From positions 1 to 64,000 of IMG/VR virus record IMGVR_UViG_3300046373_000092: a stretch of 64,000 nt of DNA, one strand, 5' to 3'. The translations under genes and the position numbers were made by a program. The DNA comes from a virus. This document shows, in pieces, positions 1 to 9,804 of this stretch (the stretch's first letter is position 1; each line of letters opens with the position of its first letter). The notes beneath the pieces were generated by a model. It was not told where the DNA came from and made no database searches. It saw only the letters and a program-made list of their open reading frames with translations.

Positions 1-22
1 ATTTAATCTATAGGAGATAGAA

Positions 23-259
23 ATGGAAAACTCAGGAACGATCGGTAACTTCGGAACTTACTCGCTAGTGGTAGCGCCGAACGGTATTGCAACAGCTACT
101 ATGAGCGGAAAGTACCCACAAGCCGGAACCGCGGTATTGGATGCGAATACTTCAGTAAAGTTTGATCTTATCGAAGCACTGAAGCTTGCGGCTAGAGAAA
201 CTACTAATGGGGTTGATGACATTATGGTAGCCATGATTGCAAAGGCGTTTGGTCGCTAA
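23..259 (+). CDS. hypothetical protein
   Basis: 78 aa ORF with SD AGGAG upstream, followed by a hairpin. Confidence 0.7.
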   Translation: MENSGTIGNFGTYSLVVAPNGIATATMSGKYPQAGTAVLDANTSVKFDLIEALKLAARETTNGVDDIMVAMIAKAFGR

Positions 260-265
260 TTCTTC

Positions 266-283
266 GAGGGAGGAAACTCCCTC
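266..283. terminator. hairpin between convergent genes, probable terminator
   Basis: GAGGGAG-GAAA-CTCCCTC perfect 7-bp stem with GNRA loop. Confidence 0.7.
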
Positions 284-286
284 CTT

Positions 287-445
287 CTATTTAAAAATTT
301 CTTGTAGTAGCTCAGATCTAAAAACAGACATCCGCACGGAGGGAAACTTTGGATTACAACCAATCCATGGAAAATCCAGCGAACTTCCTCGTGAACATAA
401 ATACTTTATATCTGCCATACATCTAATTGAATATTTATAATCCAC
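287..445 (-). CDS. C-terminal S..EL microprotein family member (52 aa, not in ORF track)
   Basis: hand translation: MDYKYSIRC...SVRMSVFRSELLQEIFK*. Confidence 0.7.
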   Translation of the reverse strand: MDYKYSIRCMADIKYLCSRGSSLDFPWIGCNPKFPSVRMSVFRSELLQEIFK

Positions 446-582
446 TACACCACCACTAAGATTACTATTATCGGACAGATCACAATTAAGAATACTGCTA
501 GAGCCGTCACCAGAAAAGGAAGAATGCTCTTGGACCTTTTAGGTAGCCCGGCTCTATATTTGTTTAGATCTACTACAGACAC
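445..582 (-). CDS. small membrane protein (45 aa, not in ORF track)
   Basis: MSVVDLNKYR...ILPFLVTALAVFLIVICPIIVILVVV*; stop/start overlaps at both ends. Confidence 0.6.
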   Translation of the reverse strand: MSVVDLNKYRAGLPKRSKSILPFLVTALAVFLIVICPIIVILVVV

Positions 583-896
583 TATAATCTACCAAGGATC
601 ACTAACCCCAGTTTATTAAAACCCTTTACTGAAATTTTTTTCTTCTTGATTCCATCAGACTCGATGTAATTCTGTATGTTGATCCAAACTTTAGTTTCAA
701 TTGTTTCATGAGGTCTAGCAACTACTTCAGCAGATTGAATATAGATTTTTCCTTTAGCATCGATAAATGCATATTCATGATTAGTACTAAGTTTCATATG
801 TCTCCTCTTGGCTCTTTCTTTAGCCTTTAATCTTTTTAAGCGTTCCTCAGAAACGATCATTCCTTTATATCTAAATCTAGCGGGGTATGTTCTCAT
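582..896 (-). CDS. hypothetical basic protein
   Basis: 104 aa ORF in minus-strand operon. Confidence 0.65.
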   Translation of the reverse strand: MRTYPARFRYKGMIVSEERLKRLKAKERAKRRHMKLSTNHEYAFIDAKGKIYIQSAEVVARPHETIETKVWINIQNYIESDGIKKKKISVKGFNKLGLVILGRL

Positions 897-921
897 TTTG
901 CCATCTCTTTAACTCTAGGTT

Positions 922-1194
922 TCATTTTATAAACTCCGATACATTCCATTGGATTCCGACTAAACGCCAATTGTTGTTAGCCTTCCATTTCAAATATTGT
1001 ACCACGAAACCTTTCTTACGTAAAGCATCAACTATACTTTCACACACTTTTTCTTCAACAAACAATTCTACAAATTCGTGCCCCAGCAAAGCGTTAAGCT
1101 CAATTAAACTTTCGAGTTGCTTTAAACTCGTAACCGGCATAGAGTCGTGGTATTTTTTGTAGAGATCAAGAGCCTTTGCTTTATTTATAGTCAT
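922..1194 (-). CDS. hypothetical protein
   Basis: 90 aa ORF, start overlapped by upstream microprotein. Confidence 0.65.
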   Translation of the reverse strand: MTINKAKALDLYKKYHDSMPVTSLKQLESLIELNALLGHEFVELFVEEKVCESIVDALRKKGFVVQYLKWKANNNWRLVGIQWNVSEFIK

Positions 1195-1360
1195 TAAATA
1201 ATTCCTTTAGTAGTTCTGAGTAATGTGCGTCTATTCTAATTGCTGATTGATCCATGCCGTCCGAGTACCTAGTACCAGGTCTACTCATTAATCTACGGAA
1301 CCGCCGATGCTGAGTTGTATACAAGCTGGAAAAATACTCTGCTCGCTTATTTATTGCCAC
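1181..1360 (-). CDS. microprotein family member (59 aa, not in ORF track)
   Basis: GTG start; MAINKRAEY...AIRIDAHYSELLKELFNDYK*. Confidence 0.8.
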   Translation of the reverse strand: MAINKRAEYFSSLYTTQHRRFRRLMSRPGTRYSDGMDQSAIRIDAHYSELLKELFNDYK

Positions 1361-1559
1361 GAAATAACTCCTCCAATAACTCGGATTCTATCGCTCTATA
1401 GTTCACTACAAACAGTTCGCCTGTTAAAGCAGCTTGTTTCTTGGCGTCAGTGTAGAATAAATAGTCAAAAGTATAGGTTTCTCTTTTCATCGTTCTGATG
1501 GTTAACCAGTGCAAACTAACGTATTCAAATTGCTCTCTTGCTTTGCAACTAATTGCCAT
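1347..1559 (-). CDS. microprotein family member (70 aa)
   Basis: MAISCK...YRAIESELLEELFRGNK*; start reassigned to ATG at 1559. Confidence 0.8.
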   Translation of the reverse strand: MAISCKAREQFEYVSLHWLTIRTMKRETYTFDYLFYTDAKKQAALTGELFVVNYRAIESELLEELFRGNK

Positions 1560-1716
1560 AAAGTTCCTGGATAATTTTTGATTTAGCAACAGAGAGCTTA
1601 ATCCAGTGAGTGCCGAAATCTCTCCTCTTACTCCATGTTATAAGCTGAATTGTATATTGACTCATATTGTTGCGATATAAGCCAATATTCTCAACTTGCA
1701 TCCATTTATCCTTCAT
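1549..1716 (-). CDS. microprotein family member (55 aa, not in ORF track)
   Basis: MKDKWMQV...WIKLSVAKSKIIQELYGN*. Confidence 0.8.
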   Translation of the reverse strand: MKDKWMQVENIGLYRNNMSQYTIQLITWSKRRDFGTHWIKLSVAKSKIIQELYGN

Positions 1717-2518
1717 ATTGGAACTTACCGCCTACATATTTAATTCCTCTGCTAAATTCCACTAGAGGATGGCTCGCTGGGTAGTAGATGGAATAAATTT
1801 GATTTATAAAATATTCACCATATTTCTTTTTCAAACTATTAAAATATCTTTTCGCTATAAAATTAAAAACAAAATTTTGACGTTTTGAGGAAATGGCGTA
1901 TAGCTCCAGTAGGTAGAGCTTCCTACTACTAGTATCCTGCTTCGGCTTAAACGATCCGATAAACATATTTATTAGCATGCAAGGTAGCCAGTGTAGCGCC
2001 CATATTTTTTTCCCAGCCATTGCAAGCCACGGACTATAGTTCCCAGGATTAATCGGCATAACTCGTCTAGGCTTCACGTTATTGAATATTCCTAAGTTGG
2101 ACGCTCCGTAACTTACTACATCATCCTGAAAGGTATAGTCGCAGATTACTGATCCTGCGCAAATTGCATCTATGTTGTCGTGAGAAATTGATCTTCTGAT
2201 ATCGTATGGAACGTTCGTACTCTCCTTTGCCCCACGATCATAAAGCCCAGGACAAACTTGCAGATCTCGGACTAGCTTGTAGAATCTAGCGCGGTCTAGC
2301 CCGTCAAGCTCTCCGCGAATATGCAGCAGCATTAAGAACTCTGCATAATAGAGAATTCCGTTTTCTGTCGTTGTGCGCATATAAGGAAGATTGACGCCAG
2401 GTTGAAGTTCTAGCCCGTGAAAAGTTGAATAATATTCTCTATAGACTTCAGACTTCAACATTTCTGCTTTCCTTTTTACAATATAATTTGTTGTTAGAGA
2501 TTTCCAAAATGGATTCAT
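1706..2518 (-). CDS. hypothetical protein (~270 aa)
   Basis: SD AGGAGA before ATG at 2518; no family recognised. Confidence 0.75.
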   Translation of the reverse strand: MNPFWKSLTTNYIVKRKAEMLKSEVYREYYSTFHGLELQPGVNLPYMRTTTENGILYYAEFLMLLHIRGELDGLDRARFYKLVRDLQVCPGLYDRGAKESTNVPYDIRRSISHDNIDAICAGSVICDYTFQDDVVSYGASNLGIFNNVKPRRVMPINPGNYSPWLAMAGKKIWALHWLPCMLINMFIGSFKPKQDTSSRKLYLLELYAISSKRQNFVFNFIAKRYFNSLKKKYGEYFINQIYSIYYPASHPLVEFSRGIKYVGGKFQYEG

Positions 2519-2527
2519 ATATCTCCT

Positions 2528-2557
2528 AAAAAGAAAGGAACCCGTTTTAAGGGTTCC
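2528..2557 (-). terminator. intrinsic terminator-like hairpin inside a leader
   Basis: GGAACCC-7nt-GGGTTCC followed by TTTCTTTTT on minus strand. Confidence 0.55.
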
Positions 2558-2600
2558 CTGCGTATTCAAGACTCAACACGCTAAGCTGGAGGGTAATTAG

Positions 2601-2629
2601 ATTGTATCAGATTTAGTGCTCTGTGTCAA
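2601..2629 (-). promoter_or_regulatory. sigma70-type early promoter
   Basis: TTGACA-17 bp-TACAAT with extended -10 TG. Confidence 0.75.
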
Positions 2630-2799
2630 GTAAAAAGTTCTTGGAGTATTAAAGATTCTAAACACACAACCGCCACTACGGGATTATCCGACAGATCCTT
2701 ATGGCATGCATAAGAGTCTAATAAAGGTGCATAGTACTTGGATTTGAAATACGTTCTAACATCTCTAACATCTATGAATATCCCATTTTTTTTACACAC
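2626..2799 (-). CDS. microprotein family member (57 aa, not in ORF track)
   Basis: MCKKNGIF...VVCLESLILQELFT*. Confidence 0.7.
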   Translation of the reverse strand: MCKKNGIFIDVRDVRTYFKSKYYAPLLDSYACHKDLSDNPVVAVVCLESLILQELFT

Positions 2800-2989
2800 G
2801 AACTCTATCCCAAAGTCGGTCAGAAATTACAATCAAGAAAGGAGCTGCTATTAAAATAATAAAGGATGCAATAAATATCCAAGGATTATAGATAGGAGCG
2901 ACTATAGCAAAGAGCAGTAAGAACATACAGATGAAAGTCCATACAATCGCCATAGATACATTAAAAGCGTTAATCCAGTCACTATTCAT
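2792..2989 (-). CDS. small two-TM membrane protein
   Basis: two hydrophobic stretches in 65 aa. Confidence 0.7.
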   Translation of the reverse strand: MNSDWINAFNVSMAIVWTFICMFLLLFAIVAPIYNPWIFIASFIILIAAPFLIVISDRLWDRVRV

Positions 2990-3134
2990 AAAGCTCCCTC
3001 ACTATTTTAGACCGAGCAGACGCTATTCTTATTGCTAATTGGTAGCCGCTCTCTAATAACATGATGCGTTCATACCCCATATCATGGTGGTTGACATGAC
3101 CAAGCCAATGTAGTGGTACGTATTTATGTACCAC
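2982..3134 (-). CDS. microprotein family member (50 aa, not in ORF track)
   Basis: MVHKYVPL...AIRIASARSKIVRELYE*. Confidence 0.75.
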   Translation of the reverse strand: MVHKYVPLHWLGHVNHHDMGYERIMLLESGYQLAIRIASARSKIVRELYE

Positions 3135-3474
3135 GAATCTTTCCAGTAATCATCTCTGCAATTTCTAAAGCTTCCTGCTGTTTTTCTGTAGCAACTGCAA
3201 TTAGCTCATCTTTATTTTCTCTGGGAGTTTCTTCCGCATTTAAGAAATCCACGGCTTCTTCTAGAGATTGTCTAATACCTTCTACGAAGTCCTTTAAGTA
3301 TTCAGCTTCGTATTTTTTAACCTTAATATACATACTGTTTGGAGTGATACGCTTGTTTAGCTCGTCCAAAACCACTGCCACTTCAACGTCATTACCTTTA
3401 ATAGCATTGTTTCTCGCTGCGTACAATATCTCACTCAACATTTTACTCTGCTTCTGATTTAGCGTTAGCTTCAC
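3124..3474 (-). CDS. hypothetical helical protein
   Basis: 116 aa ORF coupled to neighbours. Confidence 0.7.
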   Translation of the reverse strand: MKLTLNQKQSKMLSEILYAARNNAIKGNDVEVAVVLDELNKRITPNSMYIKVKKYEAEYLKDFVEGIRQSLEEAVDFLNAEETPRENKDELIAVATEKQQEALEIAEMITGKIRGT

Positions 3475-3847
3475 GTAATTTCTCCTCTTTGAATCTTCTC
3501 TTTAAGATTGCCGATTGTTCTGATTTAGCTTTTTTATTGTTTCCGAAAATTTGTCCTTCGTACCCTTTTAAGTGAACCTTCCTGAGGGAAGTGACTGTCT
3601 GCCAAAACGTCGCAAGAAAGGGAATGCTGAATACCCAACCCTCGTATGCCATATCTCCGGATTCTTGCCCGACCACTCTGAGAATGTTCATCGCGTCTTT
3701 ATTAGAAAGAGAGAGCCTGTTCGCAATTCTGCGAGAAAGCTCTCGAGTTCCTTCAGTCTGCCATCTAGACCTCATTATAACGGGGTATCTATTATAAGGT
3801 TTTTCTAGCGGACCAAGAGGACGTAGTGGTTCTTTTTTATTTTTCAT
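3443..3847 (-). CDS. HU/IHF-like DNA-binding protein
   Basis: RELSRRIANRLSLSNKDAMNIL...FSIPFLATF resembles the HU helix-helix-sheet pattern. Confidence 0.55.
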   Translation of the reverse strand: MKNKKEPLRPLGPLEKPYNRYPVIMRSRWQTEGTRELSRRIANRLSLSNKDAMNILRVVGQESGDMAYEGWVFSIPFLATFWQTVTSLRKVHLKGYEGQIFGNNKKAKSEQSAILKRRFKEEKLREANAKSEAE

Positions 3848-3850
3848 AAA

Positions 3851-4252
3851 TTAATAGATCCAGGTGCGTTTACCGGATGGTTTTGCAGGGCGTACATCCA
3901 CATGTATAAATCCCTTAGGTCTACCGTCTCCGATGTTATCAAATATATCATAACATATTGCGTATAATTTATCAAGCTTTTCTTTAGTGCTATTTGTAGG
4001 CTTTACATCTGCCGCCAGACCGTTCGGATGCTGGGACCCGACAGCTCCACCCACAGCCTTGTTGTGTGCTGGACAGCGATATCCGGAAGTAATCGTTAGG
4101 CTTTCTCCAAATTTAACACGAACCTTTTCGAGTAGGTCGACTAGCCCTTGGTCGATGTAATTTTCTGTACATGCTCCGCAAACACAATCAAATTCTGTCG
4201 TGTCAAAATGAGTAGTAATTTGAACCTTTTCTTTTGGCTTAAATTTAATCAT
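3851..4252 (-). CDS. peptidase M15A (Zn D-Ala-D-Ala peptidase-like) endolysin
   Basis: EFDCVCG, ITSGYRCPAHN, SQHPNGLAAD, FIHVDVR motifs. Confidence 0.9.
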   Translation of the reverse strand: MIKFKPKEKVQITTHFDTTEFDCVCGACTENYIDQGLVDLLEKVRVKFGESLTITSGYRCPAHNKAVGGAVGSQHPNGLAADVKPTNSTKEKLDKLYAICYDIFDNIGDGRPKGFIHVDVRPAKPSGKRTWIY

Positions 4253-4644
4253 TATCTTCCTCCTAAAAATTCGTGGAACCACTGCCCCACTTCTGGCTCT
4301 CCAAGAAGTGTTGAGATTGCAGTACGGGACTGAGTCTGCTTCTTTGGAAGCAAGAAGGGTCCCACACCTTTATTAAGTTCAATAAAATCTCTCCATTGTT
4401 TCACAGCTATAGGCATAGCTTCTGAGATAAAATCAGCCTTATTCATAGGTATGAGATCTGTGTAATCTTGGTAGTTTATTTTGAAAACTTGAATGTCCGC
4501 CAACGATTCTATCGAAATTTCATCTGCTGTTGTAATCACTCCTTTAGTGACAAGATCGTAACCGGCTCTGTGTTGAATATCCACTGTCCGATCAACAATA
4601 AAATAATAATTGTGGAAATCTTTTTGCAGTTTGTAATAATTCAT
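4252..4644 (-). CDS. hypothetical protein
   Basis: 130 aa, first gene of the leftward operon. Confidence 0.7.
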   Translation of the reverse strand: MNYYKLQKDFHNYYFIVDRTVDIQHRAGYDLVTKGVITTADEISIESLADIQVFKINYQDYTDLIPMNKADFISEAMPIAVKQWRDFIELNKGVGPFLLPKKQTQSRTAISTLLGEPEVGQWFHEFLGGR

Positions 4645-4725
4645 TTGACATTCTCCGATAGTCCAGTATAGTAGTACTATGTTATCATAATTCTAGGGAT
4701 AACGCAAGTTTTTTCTAAATAATCC

Positions 4726-4753
4726 TTGACTTTTTTAACGCATTGAGTATAAT
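4726..4753 (+). promoter_or_regulatory. sigma70-type promoter in the divergent intergenic region
   Basis: TTGACT-16 bp-TATAAT. Confidence 0.5.
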
Positions 4754-4876
4754 GACAGCATATAAGCTAAGACAAGTAGCAAAGCCGAGTCAAAACGAGG
4801 CGATGTAGCGAACGCTTCTATGCCTGGTTAGGCAGAACCCACGTCAAATATCCACATTAATCAATATTTTCAGTAA

Positions 4877-4889
4877 TTAACAAATATAT
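4877..4889 (+). promoter_or_regulatory. putative late promoter motif, copy 1
   Basis: TTAACAAATATAT upstream of the packaging operon. Confidence 0.7.
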
Positions 4890-4990
4890 ATGAAGGACTT
4901 ATAACAAGTAGCATAGCATCTCGTGATGCATTATGTAACAGGCTTTAACGTAATACAATCCTTCTTTATTTAATAAAATTAGGAGTGTTC

Positions 4991-5257
4991 ATGAAGAACC
5001 TAAATTACTTATTTATTCTTATTTGTACATATCTCGGAAGAATCATTCTTTTTGGAGCTAATTTTCCAGAAGCAGTAGTGTTTATTGCTTGTATTTCTTA
5101 CTTACTAATTAATAAGTATTTGAAACATATTAAAATTGAAAAATATAATTCTAGCGTTGATGAAAAAATTAACAAGATCGAAGAAGAGGTCAAGAAAGTC
5201 TCTGCATCGGCAGCGGCACTTCAAATAGGTAACACCTATTCAATGCAAAGGAAATAA
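4991..5257 (+). CDS. membrane protein (holin-like?)
   Basis: two N-terminal hydrophobic segments and charged tail; SD AGGAG. Confidence 0.55.
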   Translation: MKNLNYLFILICTYLGRIILFGANFPEAVVFIACISYLLINKYLKHIKIEKYNSSVDEKINKIEEEVKKVSASAAALQIGNTYSMQRK

Positions 5258-5259
5258 TT

Positions 5260-5667
5260 ATGAAAAATAATTTAATTGACTTCTCAAAGTTCAAAACTCT
5301 AGCAGATCTACAAAGATATGCCAATGATCAATTTTCCACAATACTAAAAATGCAAGCTCAGGCGGAAGAATATCAATCTAAGATCGAGCATTTGGAAGAA
5401 TTGCTTCGAACAGGAGGATCTGCCATTACGGTTGGATCTAATGAGTTGGAAATTGCGCGGATCGAGCTGAACCGCCTCTATCAGCACTCACTAAGAGAGC
5501 CACTAGATGAGAAGCAAATAAGATCTTATAAAATCTATACAGACTGTCTCCTTGCTATTCAAGGAAAAACTCCTGAGAAAAAACCCAAACAAAAAGAAGA
5601 GCAGCTATCTACTGAAGACTTAATTAACTTAGCACTTCAGGCGATGCCAGAAGCAGATGGCAACTAA
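5260..5667 (+). CDS. putative terminase small subunit
   Basis: 135 aa helical protein overlapping the terL start; positional inference. Confidence 0.45.
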   Translation: MKNNLIDFSKFKTLADLQRYANDQFSTILKMQAQAEEYQSKIEHLEELLRTGGSAITVGSNELEIARIELNRLYQHSLREPLDEKQIRSYKIYTDCLLAIQGKTPEKKPKQKEEQLSTEDLINLALQAMPEADGN

Positions 5668-7072
5668 TGCTACATCTCCAGCCAAAGCCCGCGAGTTGCT
5701 TTGGAGACAGGGAAGAGTTGTAGACTTCTTACTAGATGCAAATCAAAAAGAAGTTTACGCTACATTTAAAAACAATAACATTAAAACACAGGTTGTGGTT
5801 TTATCTCGTCAATCAGGTAAATCCTACGGTCTTTCTACTATTGCCATTCAGGAATGTTTGACTAGACCTAACATCATAGTTACATACGTTGCCCCTAGAC
5901 TAAACCAGGTTAAGAGAATTGCTAAAGGCACACTTAGAGAAATTCTAAAGACGTGTCCCAAGGATCTGCAGCCCACATTCAATAAGCAGGATAACCAGTA
6001 CGTATTCCATAACGGATCTATTCTACAGCTAGGTGCTCTCAACAACGATAGAGCCGATGATCTTCGCGGTAGTAAGTCACATCTTATTATCGTGGATGAG
6101 GCGGGCTTCGTAGACGACCTAAATTACGTTCTAAAGTCGGTTCTTTACCCAATGCTCAACACGACCAAGGGTAATCTACTAATCTGCTCTACTCCTCCTA
6201 AATCAGCCTCTCACGAGTTCTATGGAGTTGTGAAGCAAGCCGAATTTGACAATACCCTAATCAAAAAAACAATCTATGACTGCCCTAGATACACTTCCGA
6301 TGACATAGACATGTTCGCGAAAGAAGTTGGTGGAAAAGACAGCTCGGATTTTCGTCGCGAGTATTTATGCCAATTTATTACAGACCAAGATAGTGCGGTA
6401 ATTCCAGAAGCTACAGAAGAGAACATGCAATTCATTATTTCCGACCATAAACGCCCAGCTTTCTTTGATTGCTATATTGGAATGGATATTGGGTTTAAGG
6501 ATTTAACCGTCGTTCTATTTGGTTATTATGATTTCAGATCTGGTGTTACAGTAATCGAAGATGAGTTAGTAATTAAAGGAAAGGAAGTTACGACCAGTAA
6601 GCTTGCCGCGGGAATCTTAGAAAAAGAGAATCAATTATGGGGTTTTAAGAAGCCCTACCTAAGGATTGCAGATAACAACAACCTAATACTCCTAAATGAG
6701 CTATCAGTGGACTATTCCCTTCCAATTATGGCAACAGCTAAGGATAATAAAGAAGCTGCGATTAATAATGTACGCATTGCGATATCTGATCACAGGATAA
6801 GAATCAACCCGCGATGCAGAACGTTAATATTCCATCTAAAGAACGCTACCTGGAACAAAAACAGAACAAGCTACGACAGAACTCCCGACGGAGGACATAG
6901 CGATGCTCTGGACGCGTTGGTTTACCTCATGCGAAATATCCAGCCTTCAAAAAACCCGTTTCCCTATAATTTCGATTACTCAGAGGGCGACTATTTCAAC
7001 ATAGACAATAAAAATCGCACTCCATTAGAAAATCACTTAGTTAAAATGTTTAGCGGCACAAAGAAGCGTTAA
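5657..7072 (+). CDS. terL: terminase large subunit
   Basis: Walker A SRQSGKS, Walker B IIVDEAG, STP coupling motif, FRREYLCQF, nuclease GMDIG...HSDALDA. Confidence 0.95.
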   Translation: MATNATSPAKARELLWRQGRVVDFLLDANQKEVYATFKNNNIKTQVVVLSRQSGKSYGLSTIAIQECLTRPNIIVTYVAPRLNQVKRIAKGTLREILKTCPKDLQPTFNKQDNQYVFHNGSILQLGALNNDRADDLRGSKSHLIIVDEAGFVDDLNYVLKSVLYPMLNTTKGNLLICSTPPKSASHEFYGVVKQAEFDNTLIKKTIYDCPRYTSDDIDMFAKEVGGKDSSDFRREYLCQFITDQDSAVIPEATEENMQFIISDHKRPAFFDCYIGMDIGFKDLTVVLFGYYDFRSGVTVIEDELVIKGKEVTTSKLAAGILEKENQLWGFKKPYLRIADNNNLILLNELSVDYSLPIMATAKDNKEAAINNVRIAISDHRIRINPRCRTLIFHLKNATWNKNRTSYDRTPDGGHSDALDALVYLMRNIQPSKNPFPYNFDYSEGDYFNIDNKNRTPLENHLVKMFSGTKKR

Positions 7073-7073
7073 G

Positions 7074-7086
7074 TTAACAAATATAG
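7074..7086 (+). promoter_or_regulatory. putative late promoter motif, copy 2
   Basis: TTAACAAATATAG between terL and portal. Confidence 0.7.
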
Positions 7087-7110
7087 GTAGACACACTAAC
7101 TACAGGATAT

Positions 7111-9153
7111 GTGATGGACGTTAGAAAAACCAGAAATGCCGATAATATTTATTTTGCCGCTAAAGATGCTAAAGACACTGCTAGTGTTCTAGAGGGTAAA
7201 GTTCAAAACTGGACCAATAGTCTAGTAGCTAACGGATTCCTTGAAAAACTAAAAGATGTTTGGACTATGTACCATGGAGCCTATTACACAGACGTAGGTA
7301 ATGGACATCAGGTGGCATTCTCCGGAGAGCAGGGGGAAATAGCTAATATTGCTGTTAACCATTTGCGAAACCTTGGACAGCATATGTTGGTAATGACGAC
7401 ATCAACTCGTCCAAGCCTAGAAGCTCGTGCTGCAAACACAGACTTTAAATCAGTTACTCAAACCCAACTAGCAAACGGATTACTCGACTATTACATGCGC
7501 GAAAAGCGTATGGAAAAATACATCCACAGAGCGGTGGAATATGCTATCGTGCTTGGCGCCGGTTACGTAAAGATGGAATGGGATGCCACGGCTGGAAAGG
7601 TAATTGATGAAGACGAAGAAACAGGATTAAAAATAAATGAAGGCGATGTTAAATTTAGTAATTTATCTCCCTTTGATGTTGTTTTTGATATGTCTAAAGA
7701 AGACAGTGGTGATCATGATTGGATTGTTGGAAGATCTTTCAAAAACAGATTCGACCTCATAGCAAAATATCCAGAGCATGAAGATAAGATTTTAACGCTT
7801 CCTACGAAGAGTGAACTTGAACACTTAAACATCTTCAGTCAGCAGGACTCGGACGATGTCGCAGTATTCACGTTATATCACAAGCAAACAGATGCTATGC
7901 CAGACGGAAGAGAATTAACTTTCCTATCTTCTGATATCATTCTACTAGATCAGCCTCTTCCATACAGACGCATCCCAATTTTCAGAATTTCTCCAAACGA
8001 CTTCTTAGGAACTCCGTTTGGCTACTCAAATCTTTTTGATTTGATGCCATTACAAGAATCTATCAATACTTTATACTCAAGTATCCTATCTAACCAGGTA
8101 GCATTCGGGGTTCAGAATATTTTCGTAAAGACTGGATCGAACGTAAACATTACTAACCTGTCGGGTGGACTAAATGTTATCGAAGGTCTAGAAGCCCCAA
8201 CTCCTCTAAACTTATCAGCAACAGCTCCAGAAACTTTTACGTTCTTATCGCAACTTGAACGCACGATTGAAACACTTTCAGGGGTAAACTCGGTAGCTCG
8301 TGGTAACCCAAGTGAGAGCTTAAAGTCGGGAACAGCCTTGGCGCTGGTTCAGTCTATGGCGCTACAATTCATTTCGGGACTACAACAACAGTACGTTCAG
8401 CTACTTGAAGACATGGGAACTGGATTGATCGAAGTTTTAAAAGACTACGCTCACTCTCCCCGCATAGCTTCTATAGTAGGTAAAGCAAACCGCACTAAAC
8501 TTACAGAGTTTAAGTCAGATGACATCTCAGAAATCAATAGAGTAATCGTGGATGTAGGGAACCCTCTTGCACGCACTACTGCCGGTCGTATCCAGATGGC
8601 GGAGCAAATGCTTCAGATGAAGTCAGAAAGCTTTTCTATCCAACAGTATATGCAAGTTATTAACACTGGTAAATTGGAAGTAATGACTGATCCTCTAGTT
8701 CGTGAAGAAAATCTAATCGAACAAGAAAATGAAATGTTGATGGACGGAAAGCAAGTTCGAGTCTTGGCTATTGATGCCCACTTAGAACACATCAAACAAC
8801 ACGGCTCTGTTTTGGCAGATCCTGAGTTAAGAAAGGACGAGAGAGTTACACAGGTGACTTTAGACCACATCCAAGAACATATTAACGCTTTAAAAAATAC
8901 AGACCCGGCTCTACTTCAGATTTTAGGGCAACAACCACTACAGCCACAAATGGCTCAGCCAGGTCAAGAGCAACAAGCTCCAAACATGCCGCAAGATCCT
9001 ACAGTAGGACAGATGACTGAGGATGCTGGACCAATGCCAGGACAGAAGATTCCGGAACAACCAAGAATGCCTAAGGTGCCAGCAGAAGCCCTTCCAAATC
9101 CGGAGATTCAAGCTCAAGCCATGGGTAACGTAAAACCGCCACAAGAACAATAA
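7111..9153 (+). CDS. portal protein (P22-like)
   Basis: 680 aa after terL; SPFDV, FG..NLFDLMPLQE, LSGVN.VARG..SGTA motifs; Pro/Gln-rich tail. Confidence 0.9.
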   Translation: MMDVRKTRNADNIYFAAKDAKDTASVLEGKVQNWTNSLVANGFLEKLKDVWTMYHGAYYTDVGNGHQVAFSGEQGEIANIAVNHLRNLGQHMLVMTTSTRPSLEARAANTDFKSVTQTQLANGLLDYYMREKRMEKYIHRAVEYAIVLGAGYVKMEWDATAGKVIDEDEETGLKINEGDVKFSNLSPFDVVFDMSKEDSGDHDWIVGRSFKNRFDLIAKYPEHEDKILTLPTKSELEHLNIFSQQDSDDVAVFTLYHKQTDAMPDGRELTFLSSDIILLDQPLPYRRIPIFRISPNDFLGTPFGYSNLFDLMPLQESINTLYSSILSNQVAFGVQNIFVKTGSNVNITNLSGGLNVIEGLEAPTPLNLSATAPETFTFLSQLERTIETLSGVNSVARGNPSESLKSGTALALVQSMALQFISGLQQQYVQLLEDMGTGLIEVLKDYAHSPRIASIVGKANRTKLTEFKSDDISEINRVIVDVGNPLARTTAGRIQMAEQMLQMKSESFSIQQYMQVINTGKLEVMTDPLVREENLIEQENEMLMDGKQVRVLAIDAHLEHIKQHGSVLADPELRKDERVTQVTLDHIQEHINALKNTDPALLQILGQQPLQPQMAQPGQEQQAPNMPQDPTVGQMTEDAGPMPGQKIPEQPRMPKVPAEALPNPEIQAQAMGNVKPPQEQ

Positions 9154-9165
9154 GAGGGAGATACT

Positions 9166-9804
9166 ATGTCAGACAGAAGGGTAGAACAAGCATACGAAAG
9201 AGAGCTAGCCAGAAGAGCTAAAGTAGCAGCTATGAATGAAGCCAAAGGTAGGTCCTTGGCAAATATGGCTTCCAAAGGGATTCCGATGGATGGGTTAGAT
9301 AAATCTAAGGCTGCCGATACCTTGAGTGATGTAGTAGATCAAATGCAACAAAAATCCAACCTATCTAACGTTGTAAAAAAAGCAGAGGGATTTGATCCTC
9401 GCATCAATGCTAACGTTCGAGGCGGAAAATTAGACATGATTAAAAAAGCTATGCAAGAAGCTGGAGATGTTGAGCATGCAGTAGCGCCAGAAATGGGAAT
9501 GTTAAAAAATAATAGAGGATTTGCAAAGCTACTTCCTATGCTCGGAATGGGCGGAGCAGCTCTAGCAGCGACAAGCATGTTTAATAAAGCAAATGCTGGA
9601 GATATTCCGGGGGCGGCTCTAGAAGGTGCAGACCTAGCTACAGATTATATTCCGGGAGTTAGTACAGCTAAAATGGCTCTACAGTCTGATGGTTTAAACG
9701 AAGGTGAAGATCAATTGATGGAGCAAATCAATGCGAAACAAAAAGCAGAGGCACAATCTCCCAACTCTAAATTCTCTAAACTCAAAGCTATGATGGGTAG
9801 ATAA
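9166..9804 (+). CDS. putative internal virion protein
   Basis: Ala/Gly/Met-rich; located in the head operon. Confidence 0.5.
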   Translation: MSDRRVEQAYERELARRAKVAAMNEAKGRSLANMASKGIPMDGLDKSKAADTLSDVVDQMQQKSNLSNVVKKAEGFDPRINANVRGGKLDMIKKAMQEAGDVEHAVAPEMGMLKNNRGFAKLLPMLGMGGAALAATSMFNKANAGDIPGAALEGADLATDYIPGVSTAKMALQSDGLNEGEDQLMEQINAKQKAEAQSPNSKFSKLKAMMGR

